Shown here: one piece after another, positions 36,584 through 47,703 of the stretch
How the letters are laid out: every line of letters begins with the position of its first letter
Numbering within the stretch: position 1 is the first letter of the stretch
Position numbers and translations under genes: made by a program
Notes under the pieces: model-generated
What the model saw: only the letters and a program-made list of their open reading frames with translations
Databases searched by the model: none
Told to the model about the DNA's origin: nothing
Assembly: GCF_000143415.4 (NCBI RefSeq)
Contig: NW_003314261.1
Location: 744,001-808,000, forward strand
DNA length: 64,000 bases
Direction of reading: 5' to 3'
Origin: Selaginella moellendorffii
Lineage: Eukaryota > Plantae > Lycopodiophyta

Positions 36584-39500
36584 ACACATTTAGTTAGAGA
36601 TTCACCACCTCCACCACCATCACCTCCACCATCACCACCTCCACCACCGCCATCGCCACCTCCACCACCTCCATCACCACCTCCACCACCTCCATCGCCA
36701 CTACCACCACCACCATTGCCACCACCACTACCACTATTGCCTCTACCCCCGCCGCCACCGCCACCACCACCATTGCCACCACCACTGCCACTATTGCTTC
36801 TGCCCCCACCACCACCGCCACCACCACCAATGCAAATCCCTGAAGTTGGGCAATTGTCGCGAATGTGACTTCGGGTATCGAAAGTTACCTGTCGGCTAGT
36901 CCTTACGGACACTCTTACCTTATTGCCACGATGGCAGGAGGTTGGTATTGCTGGTTCTCTTTATCAGCCCCTTTTGTTCAAGTGTTAGTTTACTGGGCTT
37001 AGCACCTGTACTTAGCCAGATGGACATAAGGTAGGAACTCCTATGTGTTTCTAGCTGAGCATACTCGGCCTGGCTCTTAGTTCTCTTTTGCTCTGTCTTG
37101 CACTGGCTTGACAAGAACCCTCGCGTATTGAGATTGGTCCCTCAATATCGCCGAATGATAGCTTACCGTGTTTACCAAACACCCTCGCTATCATGCCCTT
37201 TGTGTTAGTCTCATTTTGGTCCCAAATGCTATTTATGGAAAGTGTCCAGATTTGCTCATTTGGCATATCTACGGAATGTAGAGATTGTCCTGAACACAAT
37301 GGTGTTCGTCCCGTGTCCAAATTCGCAATCTAGGGACATTCCATATTTAGTAAGTTTCGAGCTTGTCCCAGAGACTAACTCCTAATACTAAGGGAGGCTT
37401 GGGGTGAAAGCCCAAAGCGTGTGTTCCTCAAGGGGGGGGGGGGGGGGGGCTGTGGGGGGGTGCCAAATGTATAGTAGGGATAGTGGGTAGGTTGGGCATG
37501 GCCGACCAACTTGAGGCATAGTCTAGCTCCCGCTTGCGTGCCTGTCCTTGTTCTGCGTCCGGCTTGGGTTTAAGCCCAAGTTCCATTCCATGCTAGTTGG
37601 TGGAGTACCCATATCCTCACGTTAGGCCACCGGTATGCCGAAATAGCACCAGACTCCGTTTGGCTCCGTTTTGCGTGCTGGTCCTGGCATTGGGATGCTG
37701 GTTGCTCCAGGACTGTTCCAAGTCGCTCCGGGCTCCTGTCCCTTCGCTCCTTGGGCTTTATGCTCGGGAGTTGCTCCGTGGTTCGGTTCCGTCACTCCTT
37801 GGCTCCATGCTTGGGAGTTTGGCACCGTTCCTTTGTTCAGTGGCCCAAGGCCCTGAACCTCGGGTTCTTATGGATACGTGGCATGGACATGTGGCATGTG
37901 ACACGTGGCATCTGTCACGTGGCACAAAGAGGGTTTAGGTTCCACTTCGTGGTGTTATCCTATGGTAAATCACCATAGGATAAAGGGTCAAAACCACGTG
38001 CACTATAGCAATCTAGTGGTGTTCACGATAGGGAACCTGAGGAACAGCTTGGAGCTGAAAGAGTTGCAGACCTTCCTGACAACGTGGTGGACAAGCACTT
38101 CCAAGAGACTGTTATGTGGACAAGGGAAAAAGCAGTTCACCAAACACTTGAGGCGCTCAAGTGGCCAGGCCCTTGTGACTTGATCAGAGAAATCCCCCTT
38201 TGCCGTTTGCAACAGACGAACCTTGTCTACACAGCATCCAAGTATGTCAACCCGGATATATACAGCTTGTTCAAACAGAATGGCCTTGCAACAAATATCG
38301 GTATGTTTGTAGTTTCTTTTTGCAAGCCAGGAACAACGGAGATCATTACTGTCACACCCGAGATTGTGAATAGCTGGGATCCTATTTGGAGGAGGAAGTC
38401 CCTAGAATTTGATGACATGCTTATCAGACATCCTGAGACTCGACAGCTTGCGGGGACAATGTTCCAAATTATTGACGGTAACCACCGATATGGAGCTTGG
38501 ATGAAGTGTATCGACGATCATTTTCGCGATGATCCCGTCTACCATATTAACGTTCCAGTCGGCCATGTCTACGCGAGGGGACCTTTGGATGTCAACAGAT
38601 TTATCTTGGCCTGCCAAAAGATCAATGCGTAAGTCTTGTAATTTTACCTCTAGCTCCACTTTAACTTGTTTTGTTGTGTTTAAATGTAGGCTTGGGCTGT
38701 TCGCTGTTCAAAAACAAAATCTTGTCTATGACATCGAGCAACTTCGATTTTTGGCAGACTTGAGTGAGGATGACATCCGCCAACATTATGGTGATGATCT
38801 CGCAACACTTGTTCGGCACTCACGCACTCGAAATGACGGTACAACTTGGTTCAACAACCCAATCAATTTTATGCTCACTATGTGGTGTAAGGTATGTCTT
38901 TCCCTTTTATTTTATAAAAGCCTCTTTTAATTGTTTTGGTTTTTAGCCTTTGGTGAAGGTCAAGCAAACTTACAAACTTGCAACTTACAAACTTGCATAT
39001 CCGGAGAAGAGTCGGGAAGAGCTCTCAGTTGAGTTTGTACAAATTGAGCACAAAATTCAGCATGCAAAGTCCTCAAAGTTGAAGAAACTAGTATGCATTG
39101 CAGACAATCGCAAGTAGAAAGAGTGGCTAGAGACTATAGCCGAAATTTCTTTTCATGAATGTAAGTTTTTTATCACACTTCATTTTTCTTAATTATGCAT
39201 ATGTTACTTTTGCAGTGAACAAAACTCCAAATGACATGATTTACAATATCGCAAAATTGAAGCTTCCATATAAGCAACAGATAAAGACTCTGGAGTTCCT
39301 CAATGTCTGCTTGATGAACAGAGAGAAAGGACTGCCAGAACTATTTGAGAACATGATGAGAAGGGCTGTCTACATCATGCAAACTATAAGTGAAGGTGAG
39401 AAGTTCTTAGCACCACACATTGGTGACAATCCAGATGGCACATTCATGTCTTTCGACACCTACATCAACACGTCATTGGAAGGGATCGAAGAGGGGTGGC

Positions 39501-41192
39501 TGCCAGAGAAGTCTACAAGCACAACAACTTATGATTGCCAACATTGTCAACCTTATTTCATGCGACGTGCAACTTATAGGTATAATATGATTTCTAAGAC
39601 TATTTTTTAATATATATTGTTTACAGGTATCTTCGATATAGAGGCATGCCATTTGAGGCATCAGTTTGCACTCGACTTGTTGCAAAGGGTGTAAGAGATG
39701 GAGGAATATATCCAAGAATGTTTGCGAGAGTTCCGAAGGCACGGAAGATAGAATGCTCTTGGGAGTTGGAGCTCCTAGGGAAGGAGACCTCTACACTAGA
39801 TCGCGAGGAAATTATCAATGCTAGCAACGATGGCAATGCAAGTGACGATGGAGACGAGGATGAGGAAGCTTCAGATCAAGTTCGTGTTCCACCACCAGAC
39901 AATCAGGAACAGGCTCCAATTCAACCATCAAACAACCAAGATCCGGATCAGGTTCTACCAGTAAATAACGATAATCAAGTGGTTCACAGAATATCACGTC
40001 GACCTCGAGGTAAGCAAAAGTGAATTTTACAAACTAAAGGTGGTAATACATGTTTTTTGCAGCAATGACTGTTGGTAGTAATTTCATTCCAGCTCGACGA
40101 GATGCTCGTGAAGAAGAGTTAGAGGAACTCTCATAGACAACACGCCATATGACGGTATCATACTATTTATTACTTTTTTCATTCACTTAGCTCTTTTATA
40201 GGTCCATCCTGTGTCTCCAATAACACAACAAGGCATTGTGGGTATCTTTATTGGCTCTTACAGTAGATTATTGACATCTTTCACGGAAGACGACATCAAC
40301 ATGGATATACGCCGCCAGTTCAACCGTTGGTGCCGAAAGATACAAAGGCCTGTGCTCCTAGTTGCGGACTTCATTCTCTTCGACTTTCCAAATGGTCTTT
40401 CAGATATCGATGGGAAAGTTGAGGATTGGAACTTTCTCACACCTGACCACTTGCGCGATGCATTCCTATTGTCTGAAGTACTTATGCTCGAAGCTGGCCA
40501 TGTCGTCTTCATCCTACCGAATGACCCCAACTGGATGTATGAGCTTATGACATGCGCAGTAGAAGTTCATTTCAAGTCATTCTCTTCCGGGTGCATCATG
40601 GATCCTATTGGCGTTGATACGAGGGGCGTCCAAGGGAAGCCTGAAAAGGTGAGTATGTATTTTATATTTTTATCTAATTTCTAAACATTTTTATTTTCCA
40701 GGTTATGATGTGGACCTATCATGCCTTCTGCAGAAACACACATGATGGGTTTCGTGATAGTGAACGTGCAGCACGTGTTTTGCCTGGGTACAACAGTTCC
40801 ACTAACATCATACCCAACCTTGTGGATGAGCAGATCCGCAATACGTTTCCAGGGTACCGATTTCGAACTCCATTAGCAATGCAAGTCTTGCTTGAGCTCT
40901 ATTGCCCACCAGATGGTATTGTGATTGATTGCATAGCAGGTAGCGGTTCTATGGTGGAGGCAGCACGTGACTCTGGTAGGTCGGTGTTTGCTATTGAAGA
41001 ACATCATTTCTTCAAACGCCGGCTCAGAGGATTTCGTGAGTTGCCTTCAACCTCAAGGAGGTAAATTATGTTTATTAAAATTTCAATATATATTTCATTC
41101 TATTTTATAGATCACAGTCACTTGGAGTTTCTAGAATTGGAGGCTTTGGAAGTCTCCCTGACTATGCAGAAGCCATGGCTCAAGATATGTAA
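36584..41192 (+). pseudogene. Pro-rich / ParB-Srx-like domain / beta-class N6A-N4C DNA methyltransferase fusion gene, 9 exons, disrupted
   Basis: Exons <36584-36854 + 38013-38628, 38690-38891, 38947-39160, 39216-39579, 39627-40009, 40063-40154, 40202-40648, 40702-41060, 41111-41192, all GT-AG and phase-consistent. Motifs FQIIDGNHR (ParB), ADFILFDFPNG (motif IV position), GIVIDCIAGSGS..AARDSGRSVFAIE (motifs I-II). In-frame TAG at 39115 and 40134. Confidence 0.82.
36855..38007 (+). mobile_element. Solo LTR, 1153 bp, 5-bp TSD GCAAT
   Basis: Starts TGTCGCG, ends CACTATA (CA>TA); GCAAT on both flanks; homologous to the LTRs at 53049 and 61198; no PBS or PPT next to it. Confidence 0.93.
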
Positions 41193-41568
41193 AGTGAATC
41201 TTCCCCACAATACCAATATAGGAGGAAGTATAAAAGAAATCATTATGTTGATGATATGGCAGAAGAAAGTTAATTGCATCCTTACTTGTTATATGTTAGA
41301 TGTCAGTGAAAGTGTCAGATGTCAGTAAAATTGTCAGATGTCAGTGTCAGTGTCAGATACCTTAATTATAGATTATCATTCTCACCTGTCACCATCACTT
41401 TGTAGCATTTGTGTGTTGCCATCTCCTCCTTCAACATTTTGTAAACAATTGTATGTGATATGATAGCACCTTCTAGAACAAGGTATGTTACCTACAACTA
41501 ATATCATTTTATTATATTTTTTCTTTTAATAGTGATAATACTATAGTATAGTAAAGTAATTCTAGATC

Positions 41569-42178
41569 TTACATTCCACTATAGGGTGGCCTAAAAACCC
41601 CATATTTTGCACTAGCCAATGCAGTGCTTCCCAAGGGGATGTTGTTCCTCACCATGAAGCGATAGTGGGTATGTGTCTGTAATTCATTCTTGAATCTATT
41701 GTACATCCACACGTGCACATTTTCCAAACCTGCTGTTGAGCAATTCTTACAGTGCTCAAGAAAAGTTTGTAAACCCATAGAGCTATTTGTCTTGTCCAAG
41801 AAAACAATTCTTACAGTGCTCAAGAAAAGTTTGTAAACCCATAGAGCCATTTGTCTTGTCCAAGAAAAAGTAGCATATTGGACACCGAATGTAATAGCAT
41901 TTTGTGCTTTCAAGTAGTCTTGCCATGTCAGGAGCAAGATCTTGCAAAAACATGTGGCATTGCTCTTGAAGCGCTAAAGGCAATCCCTCTCTAGTAGCAA
42001 GATCCGGAATTTCACATATAGGGAGCTCTAATTTAGCTTCATTAGAGCCCTTAGCAGAAAAAGGATTGTTATGTGGAGGTGAAGGTGGAATGTTGGTAGA
42101 ACTTGGGGATGGAGGTGGAGATTGATATGAAATGCTGGGGGGCCAAATACGATTAGCAATAGGTCTCCTTTGAGCCAT
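41569..42178 (-). pseudogene. Transposon-borne ORF of about 181 aa with CxxC..HC finger, frameshifted by a 64-bp tandem duplication
   Basis: Duplication copies start at 41741 and 41805; removing one joins MAQRRP..RCPICYFFLDKTNGSMGLQTFLEHCKNC to STAGLENVH..YSGM. Confidence 0.6.
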
Positions 42179-43432
42179 TTCAATATAAACTTCTAAGGAG
42201 CTCAAGGAGAACAAAAAACCTACAATGATTATAACTTTTCTAGATAGTTTATATACTAAGTTTTAGTCTTGGGAATGAGGTTTATTTATTATGACACTGA
42301 CAATACTCAAATTCTTGGGAATGAGGTTTATTTATTATGACATTGACAATACTCAGATTCTTTAAATGTCAGTCTTGGAAATGGGGCTTCATAATCATAG
42401 CTTTCTTGTAAACATAAGAGCTTCTAGAATTTTAGATTATCATGTATACACATGCTCTATCATTATGATGAATCCTACTTTGCTACACATATATTCTTTT
42501 CTACACATGCCAAATGTCTAGGGAAATAAATTGCAAGGAAATATAGACTACATTATAGTGGTAGAGCACGTTGGCATGCTACCATTCTCTCATGTGAGAT
42601 TGCCTTTTAGTCTTGGAAATGTAGATAAAGTTGATTCTTTGATGTGATATTACTTTTGAGTCTTTCGAAAGATTTTGATTTCTTTTATCATTATTTACAA
42701 ACAATTCCCAAAAACTTTTAATGAGGATTCACTGCAAAATATACCTTGGTCTTATCATATGAGAGGATTGCGATATAGGCAAGCAATAGAGTTTTTAATA
42801 TGAATTAATATGTAAATTACAAATGTCATGGAAAGTTTTATGGAGTAGATTTTTTGGTGTTTTCCGCCGTGCTGTTCATTTCTTCATTTCTCTTGCTCTG
42901 GACTGTTGTTTCAGAAGTAACAGGAGCATTTTTATCAATCGTGATAGTGGTCTCCACATTCCCAAATGGGTAATAAGGACCGGGAGTGTAATATGGAGAT
43001 TGTGGTAGTGAAACAAAATTAACATTCTCACATTCTTTTGCACTACAACTCTTACTCACAGATCTTGTATTTTCCTTGCTTCCCATCTTCTCAAGAACCC
43101 TAAAAAATCTTTTGAATGAAGGAATAGTATCTACAGCTGTAAAAGTATTCAAAATATTAAGTAGTCAAATCAAATATGACAGCTGTAACAGTTGTCATAA
43201 TAAAATAATATAGTTTTATAAAAGATAGGACTTTGTCTTTTTTAAACAATTCAATCTTATAGAAACTTTTAACTTAGATATTTACGTATTTTAATATTTT
43301 AAAGTTTGCTAGAACCTTCATTTATTCAATTTAGATCTCCTTAGTAATATTTCTTATTGACTATGTTGACTTGAGTTGACTTGTGTTGAATTGAGCTCAA
43401 CTCATGAGCTCAACTCAACTTTGGACCATCCC

Positions 43433-44203
43433 CGTCTGGGATGGTATAGCCCCTGAGTTTAATCGGGCCTCCTTGGACGATATTGGGAAGAGCTAGCTGA
43501 GCCAGGAGTCTCAGTGTTTCCTTGGCTATGGCCTCGATGTATGGAAGCTTTGCAATGTCCGACTCGTCCACAAGCTTTTCTTTGCATCGATTTGGCTCTG
43601 AGCCGAGAACTCGGCGATTCCTGAGAAGATCAGCCATAGCCCATTCCAGCGAGAGAGCCGAGGTAGCTAGAGCTCCCAGCAACAGATCCTGTGAGATTCC
43701 ATTTTTCCATGTTGAGCTAAAACTTAACGAGCAAGAGACTATGATGATGTCTCAGAGATTTTCTCTGGAAATGAGCAAGTCTATGAATGCCATGGGCTCC
43801 TCGCTGGTGAAAACCAGAGGTTCTCATGCCGATCTTGCAAGATTGAAAAGAGGTGCCTGTTTACCCTGTCCATGATCTTATTGCTTCTCCAAACCTTGGA
43901 TGTCCAGCCAGCGAATTTGTTGATAAGTTTCCTGTAGAATTTCACTTCTGGAGTGTAATGGCTGAAAGCTATACCACTGTAGTGGTCTCCAAAGTAATTT
44001 CCAGAGACGAGAGGAGCAACACCGTCTTGCTCGATCCCTCTTTGACGAATGTGGGAGTCTATTCTACTCGCATGAACATGACTATGATAACTTACATGCT
44101 GGCTGATGTCGACAAGTTTGTGCAAGCAATAGTGGACATTTTGAGGCTGGCTAGGGTTTTCAACATGAGAGATTACATCCCGGGGAAACTCTGGTCAATG
44201 GAG
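43433..44203 (-). pseudogene. 5' part of the P450 pseudogene split by the MULE
   Basis: Reverse complement of 1956-2715; the reading KETLRL..RGYTIPD ends at the TSD. Confidence 0.9.
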
Positions 44204-44579
44204 GAGAATCATGGTATGCATGGAGAAACCATGGAATAAAGACGGAAGACACCACTAGCTGTAAATGATTATTAGGATCTGTCCCCACAAAATAAAGAAG
44301 GTTGTCTTCAAGGTGATATTAAGAATGTAAATGCCGAAATAGCAAGTCATCAGCAAATGATGCAAAATTCTTAAACCCATCTCAAAATCTTCGAATCCAT
44401 GGCTCAATCTTTTGAGCATCGCGAACTTCATCAAGAGAAGGTAGATTTTGCTTTTGTGGATACTGAACGTCAAGTATAACAACTACCGATGGCACAAAAT
44501 CCTCGTCTAAAAAATCCACAAATGCTGGAACAACAAATTTGTTAAAAACATGAGAAGAGATTGAAGAAGGAAGAGGAGT

Positions 44580-47150
44580 TCAAGAAAATGCATTAGCATT
44601 AGCTATAGAACTCCTTGGGTGATGAACAACATCAAAATTATATATCTGAAGCTTCAAATCCCACCAAGTAGTATGACCAACTAGGTTCTTCCGCTTCAAT
44701 AATGAAATAACAGCAGCATGATCACCTTTTAGTAACATCTGAGAATTATGTAGATATGCATGAAGTTTTTCAAAACCCCAAATTGCTGCTAAACACTTTT
44801 TCTCTATCGTGGAATAGTTCACCTTCACTAGTTGTAATGTGCAATTTATATACACAATGGGATAGCGTTGACAAGGCACACTTGGGCTCTCTTGCATCAA
44901 CACTCCTTTAAAACTAATCAAGAATCCATGCATAAAATGAAAGGTAGAGTGTAGTTAGGATATGCCAAAATTGGAGGAGTTGTCATTAGCTCTTTGAGAT
45001 CTATGAACTCACAATTCAGAGACCAAATGAAAAATGACGTTGATAACTTCAGCAATGTTCACAATGATGTAGTGTGATCAGAAAGATGATCCACAAAACG
45101 ACTGAGATATTACTCCTTGCCCAAGAAGTATTGCACATTATTCACACACTTCAGAGTAGGGAACTTTATAATAGCTATAAGTTTGTTAATCAACTTGCAA
45201 ACCCTTATGAGAAATATAATACCCAAGAAAAATTGTGTCCTTGGACCCAAACACACACTTCGACCACTTCAGCTATAAACTAACGTTCCTTAGTCAATCT
45301 AACACTTTATAAACATTATGGATATGTTCCTCCCACGGCCCTTTTGAGTGGATCAAGATATCATCAATAAAGTTAGTAGTCGCCTCCAGCATATCGCAAA
45401 AAACTTTGTCCATCATTCGCTGGAAAGTTGCTAAAGCATTGTTCAAACCAAATGGCATTACCAAGAACTCATACAACCAAACAGTATACAAAAAACAGTT
45501 TTAAAAATATCTAATTTGGCCATTAGTACTTGCCAGTACCTAGAAGCAAGATCTAGCTTGGTGAACCAATGACTTCTTCCTAGATGATTCAAGAGATTAG
45601 TAGTGTGAGGAAGAAGGTACACATCCAGGATTATCACTTTGTTTAACGGACAATAGTCGATACAAAAACAATCACTCCCATCAGGTTTTGTCACAAGATG
45701 AGATTCACATGCCCAAGGACTCTATGACTTTCGAATAACACCATTTTCCAACATCTCTTTGACGTTTATACATAAAATTTTGATCTCTTTATGTGATCGA
45801 CAATGAATAGAAACCTTGATTAGATGAGCATCCTCAGTTGGAATCAAATGACGTGTGGCAATCTTGGTCCTAGTGATAGGTCAAATTCAAAGAGATCAAC
45901 ATACTCCTTCATGAGCTGGTCCACCACTGCAACATGAAGACTATTGGATGCATTAAAAAAGGGAAGAGTGGAATAAGACGAAAACATAGAAGGAAGTAGT
46001 GGGGAAACAAAAGTAATAGAAATAGAGTGAGAAGTAGAGGGATGAAGAAGTACGAAAGTGAGAGGAACGGATGAAATATAAAGAAGTATGATACAAGAAG
46101 GAGAAGCCTCAAAGTCATACTTGGCATGATTGCGTTGCAACCAATCTATACCAAAGATGAGGTCAAAAGCTTGACTTGGCGATTGCAACCCAAGCTTGAG
46201 ATCGCCCACACGCACAACTAGGTCCGCCTCATATATATATGACCGTTGCCATAAAGAATGAAAATTGGCTCCACCGCACGATGCAAGTGTAAATGGCATT
46301 GTGTGGCAATAGGTCAAGCAATAGAAGGTAAACTTGAACCTGTATCAACCAACATGGAGAGAATAATAGAAGACCTCTTGTTATAAAAACGAGCTTGGAA
46401 AGTAAACATTTAATGAACTAGTGCCAAGTAAACCCCTTAATTCCCGAAAGAAAGATGGAAGGGTCACTGACTTATTCACACAAGGTCCCTCCATTACTCA
46501 CGTGACTCCTCGTTTCTTAGATGCATTTCAGTGTCCAGATCTTGCACTATAGCAACACCAATAAGACATTGTTGATGCCAAGGTCTCCACCTAGGAAATG
46601 GAGGCTACCAATCTAGAAAACACCGACAATGCTAATAAGTGTGACCAATTTCATCACACGCTCAACAACAAACATCACGGCCATGACCACATCCTTGCCC
46701 TTGTCCTTGGACTCGAGTAGCAACAACATCAACCTCCATTGGAACAAAACCATCGCCCACAAGAAGTGGAGCTGAAGGATGTATAATGAAAAGTGGAAGA
46801 AGCAATGTCTCATAATGTTGTGCCAAGCAAAGAATATCATCAAAGGTGGCTGAAGCAAGTGTATGCATAAGTCTAATAAAATCTTGATGAAGTGTTAGCC
46901 ACACCCTTGGAGACACGTTGAAAACTCATGCAAATGTTGAGCATCATCCTAAGAATGATGTGTGGCAATCACTGTAAAGTAATCAAACCAATGGTACACA
47001 TCATCCCTAGGATTCCCACGAAAGAATTCTAGTTAAACGCAAGAATTGGAACCAAGAGCACGAGGAGCTATACCACGTGCCGTGAATGCTGCCATCAACT
47101 GAGTTTAGTTGTTCAATTGCAATTACATAGCATCAAGCAATTGCACTAAC
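44580..47150 (-). mobile_element. Degenerate Ty3/gypsy gag-pol remnant (gag, protease, RT, RNase H)
   Basis: FDLIFGIDWL, FCIDY, FTKLDLASRYWQV, YEFLVMPFGLNNALATFQRMM, FIDDILI, NYSTIEKKCLA; many frameshifts. Confidence 0.88.
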
Positions 47151-47703
47151 TACTGCTCTAGAGTCAAAGGACGAGAAGACTATTACTTTGCCATGAAGAT
47201 GAATAGAAAGGAAAGAGCAAAAGAAGAAAAATGAAAAAAAGCTAGAACGAAAGGGAGATCTAGACAATGCAAAAGTTAGATCTAAATCAATGGAAAGAAC
47301 TAGATCTAGACGATATGAAAGTTATATTTAAACCAAAATCCTAAATCTAAGCATTCTTTAAGGACAATCAAAGGTGCTCCTCATCTCCACTAATGTGAGC
47401 GCATGGAATATAAAAAGGGAATACACAAAATGTGCATATCAATTAACCCAAAAACCTTAGTTTATATATAAAAACGAATGGTCCGAATTAAAACCAATCC
47501 AACAGTTACTAAAATCCCACTACATTAATATTAGTATATGGCATTATAACTATACATTTGTACTTCATATCTAGAAGAATGGACAATGTCATTCACTTTC
47601 TTGTCTTCAAAAATCTTCTTTCTGTCAATAATCTATCTAGAAGAATGTACAAACAAAGACCCCCTTTCAAAATCTCCAACTTAAATGGTCATGCTATCCT
47701 GCT

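Larger units (their letters stand above)
30304..43432. mobile_element. Mutator-like (MULE) DNA transposon, 13.1 kb, degenerate TIRs, 9-bp TSD CGTCTGGGA
   Basis: TSD at 30295-30303 and 43433-43441, splitting the P450 at YTIPD; GGG...CCC termini; inverted subterminal TTGAGCTCA repeats; internal DDE+SWIM transposase. Confidence 0.92.

Noticed and set aside
36271-36912. Gly-rich ORF on the minus strand, or an extensin on the plus strand
   Set aside because: The minus ORF is the antisense shadow of the poly-Pro tract, which joins the ParB exon in frame once the LTR is removed.
36584-41192. Bacterial contamination as the source of the ParB-MTase gene
   Set aside because: The gene has eight spliceosomal introns of host-like size, carries a plant solo LTR, and lies within a TSD-bounded element inside a plant P450 pseudogene.
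42838-43152. 104-aa ORF near the right terminus of the MULE
   Set aside because: Non-ATG start and no recognisable motif; it cannot be supported without other copies.
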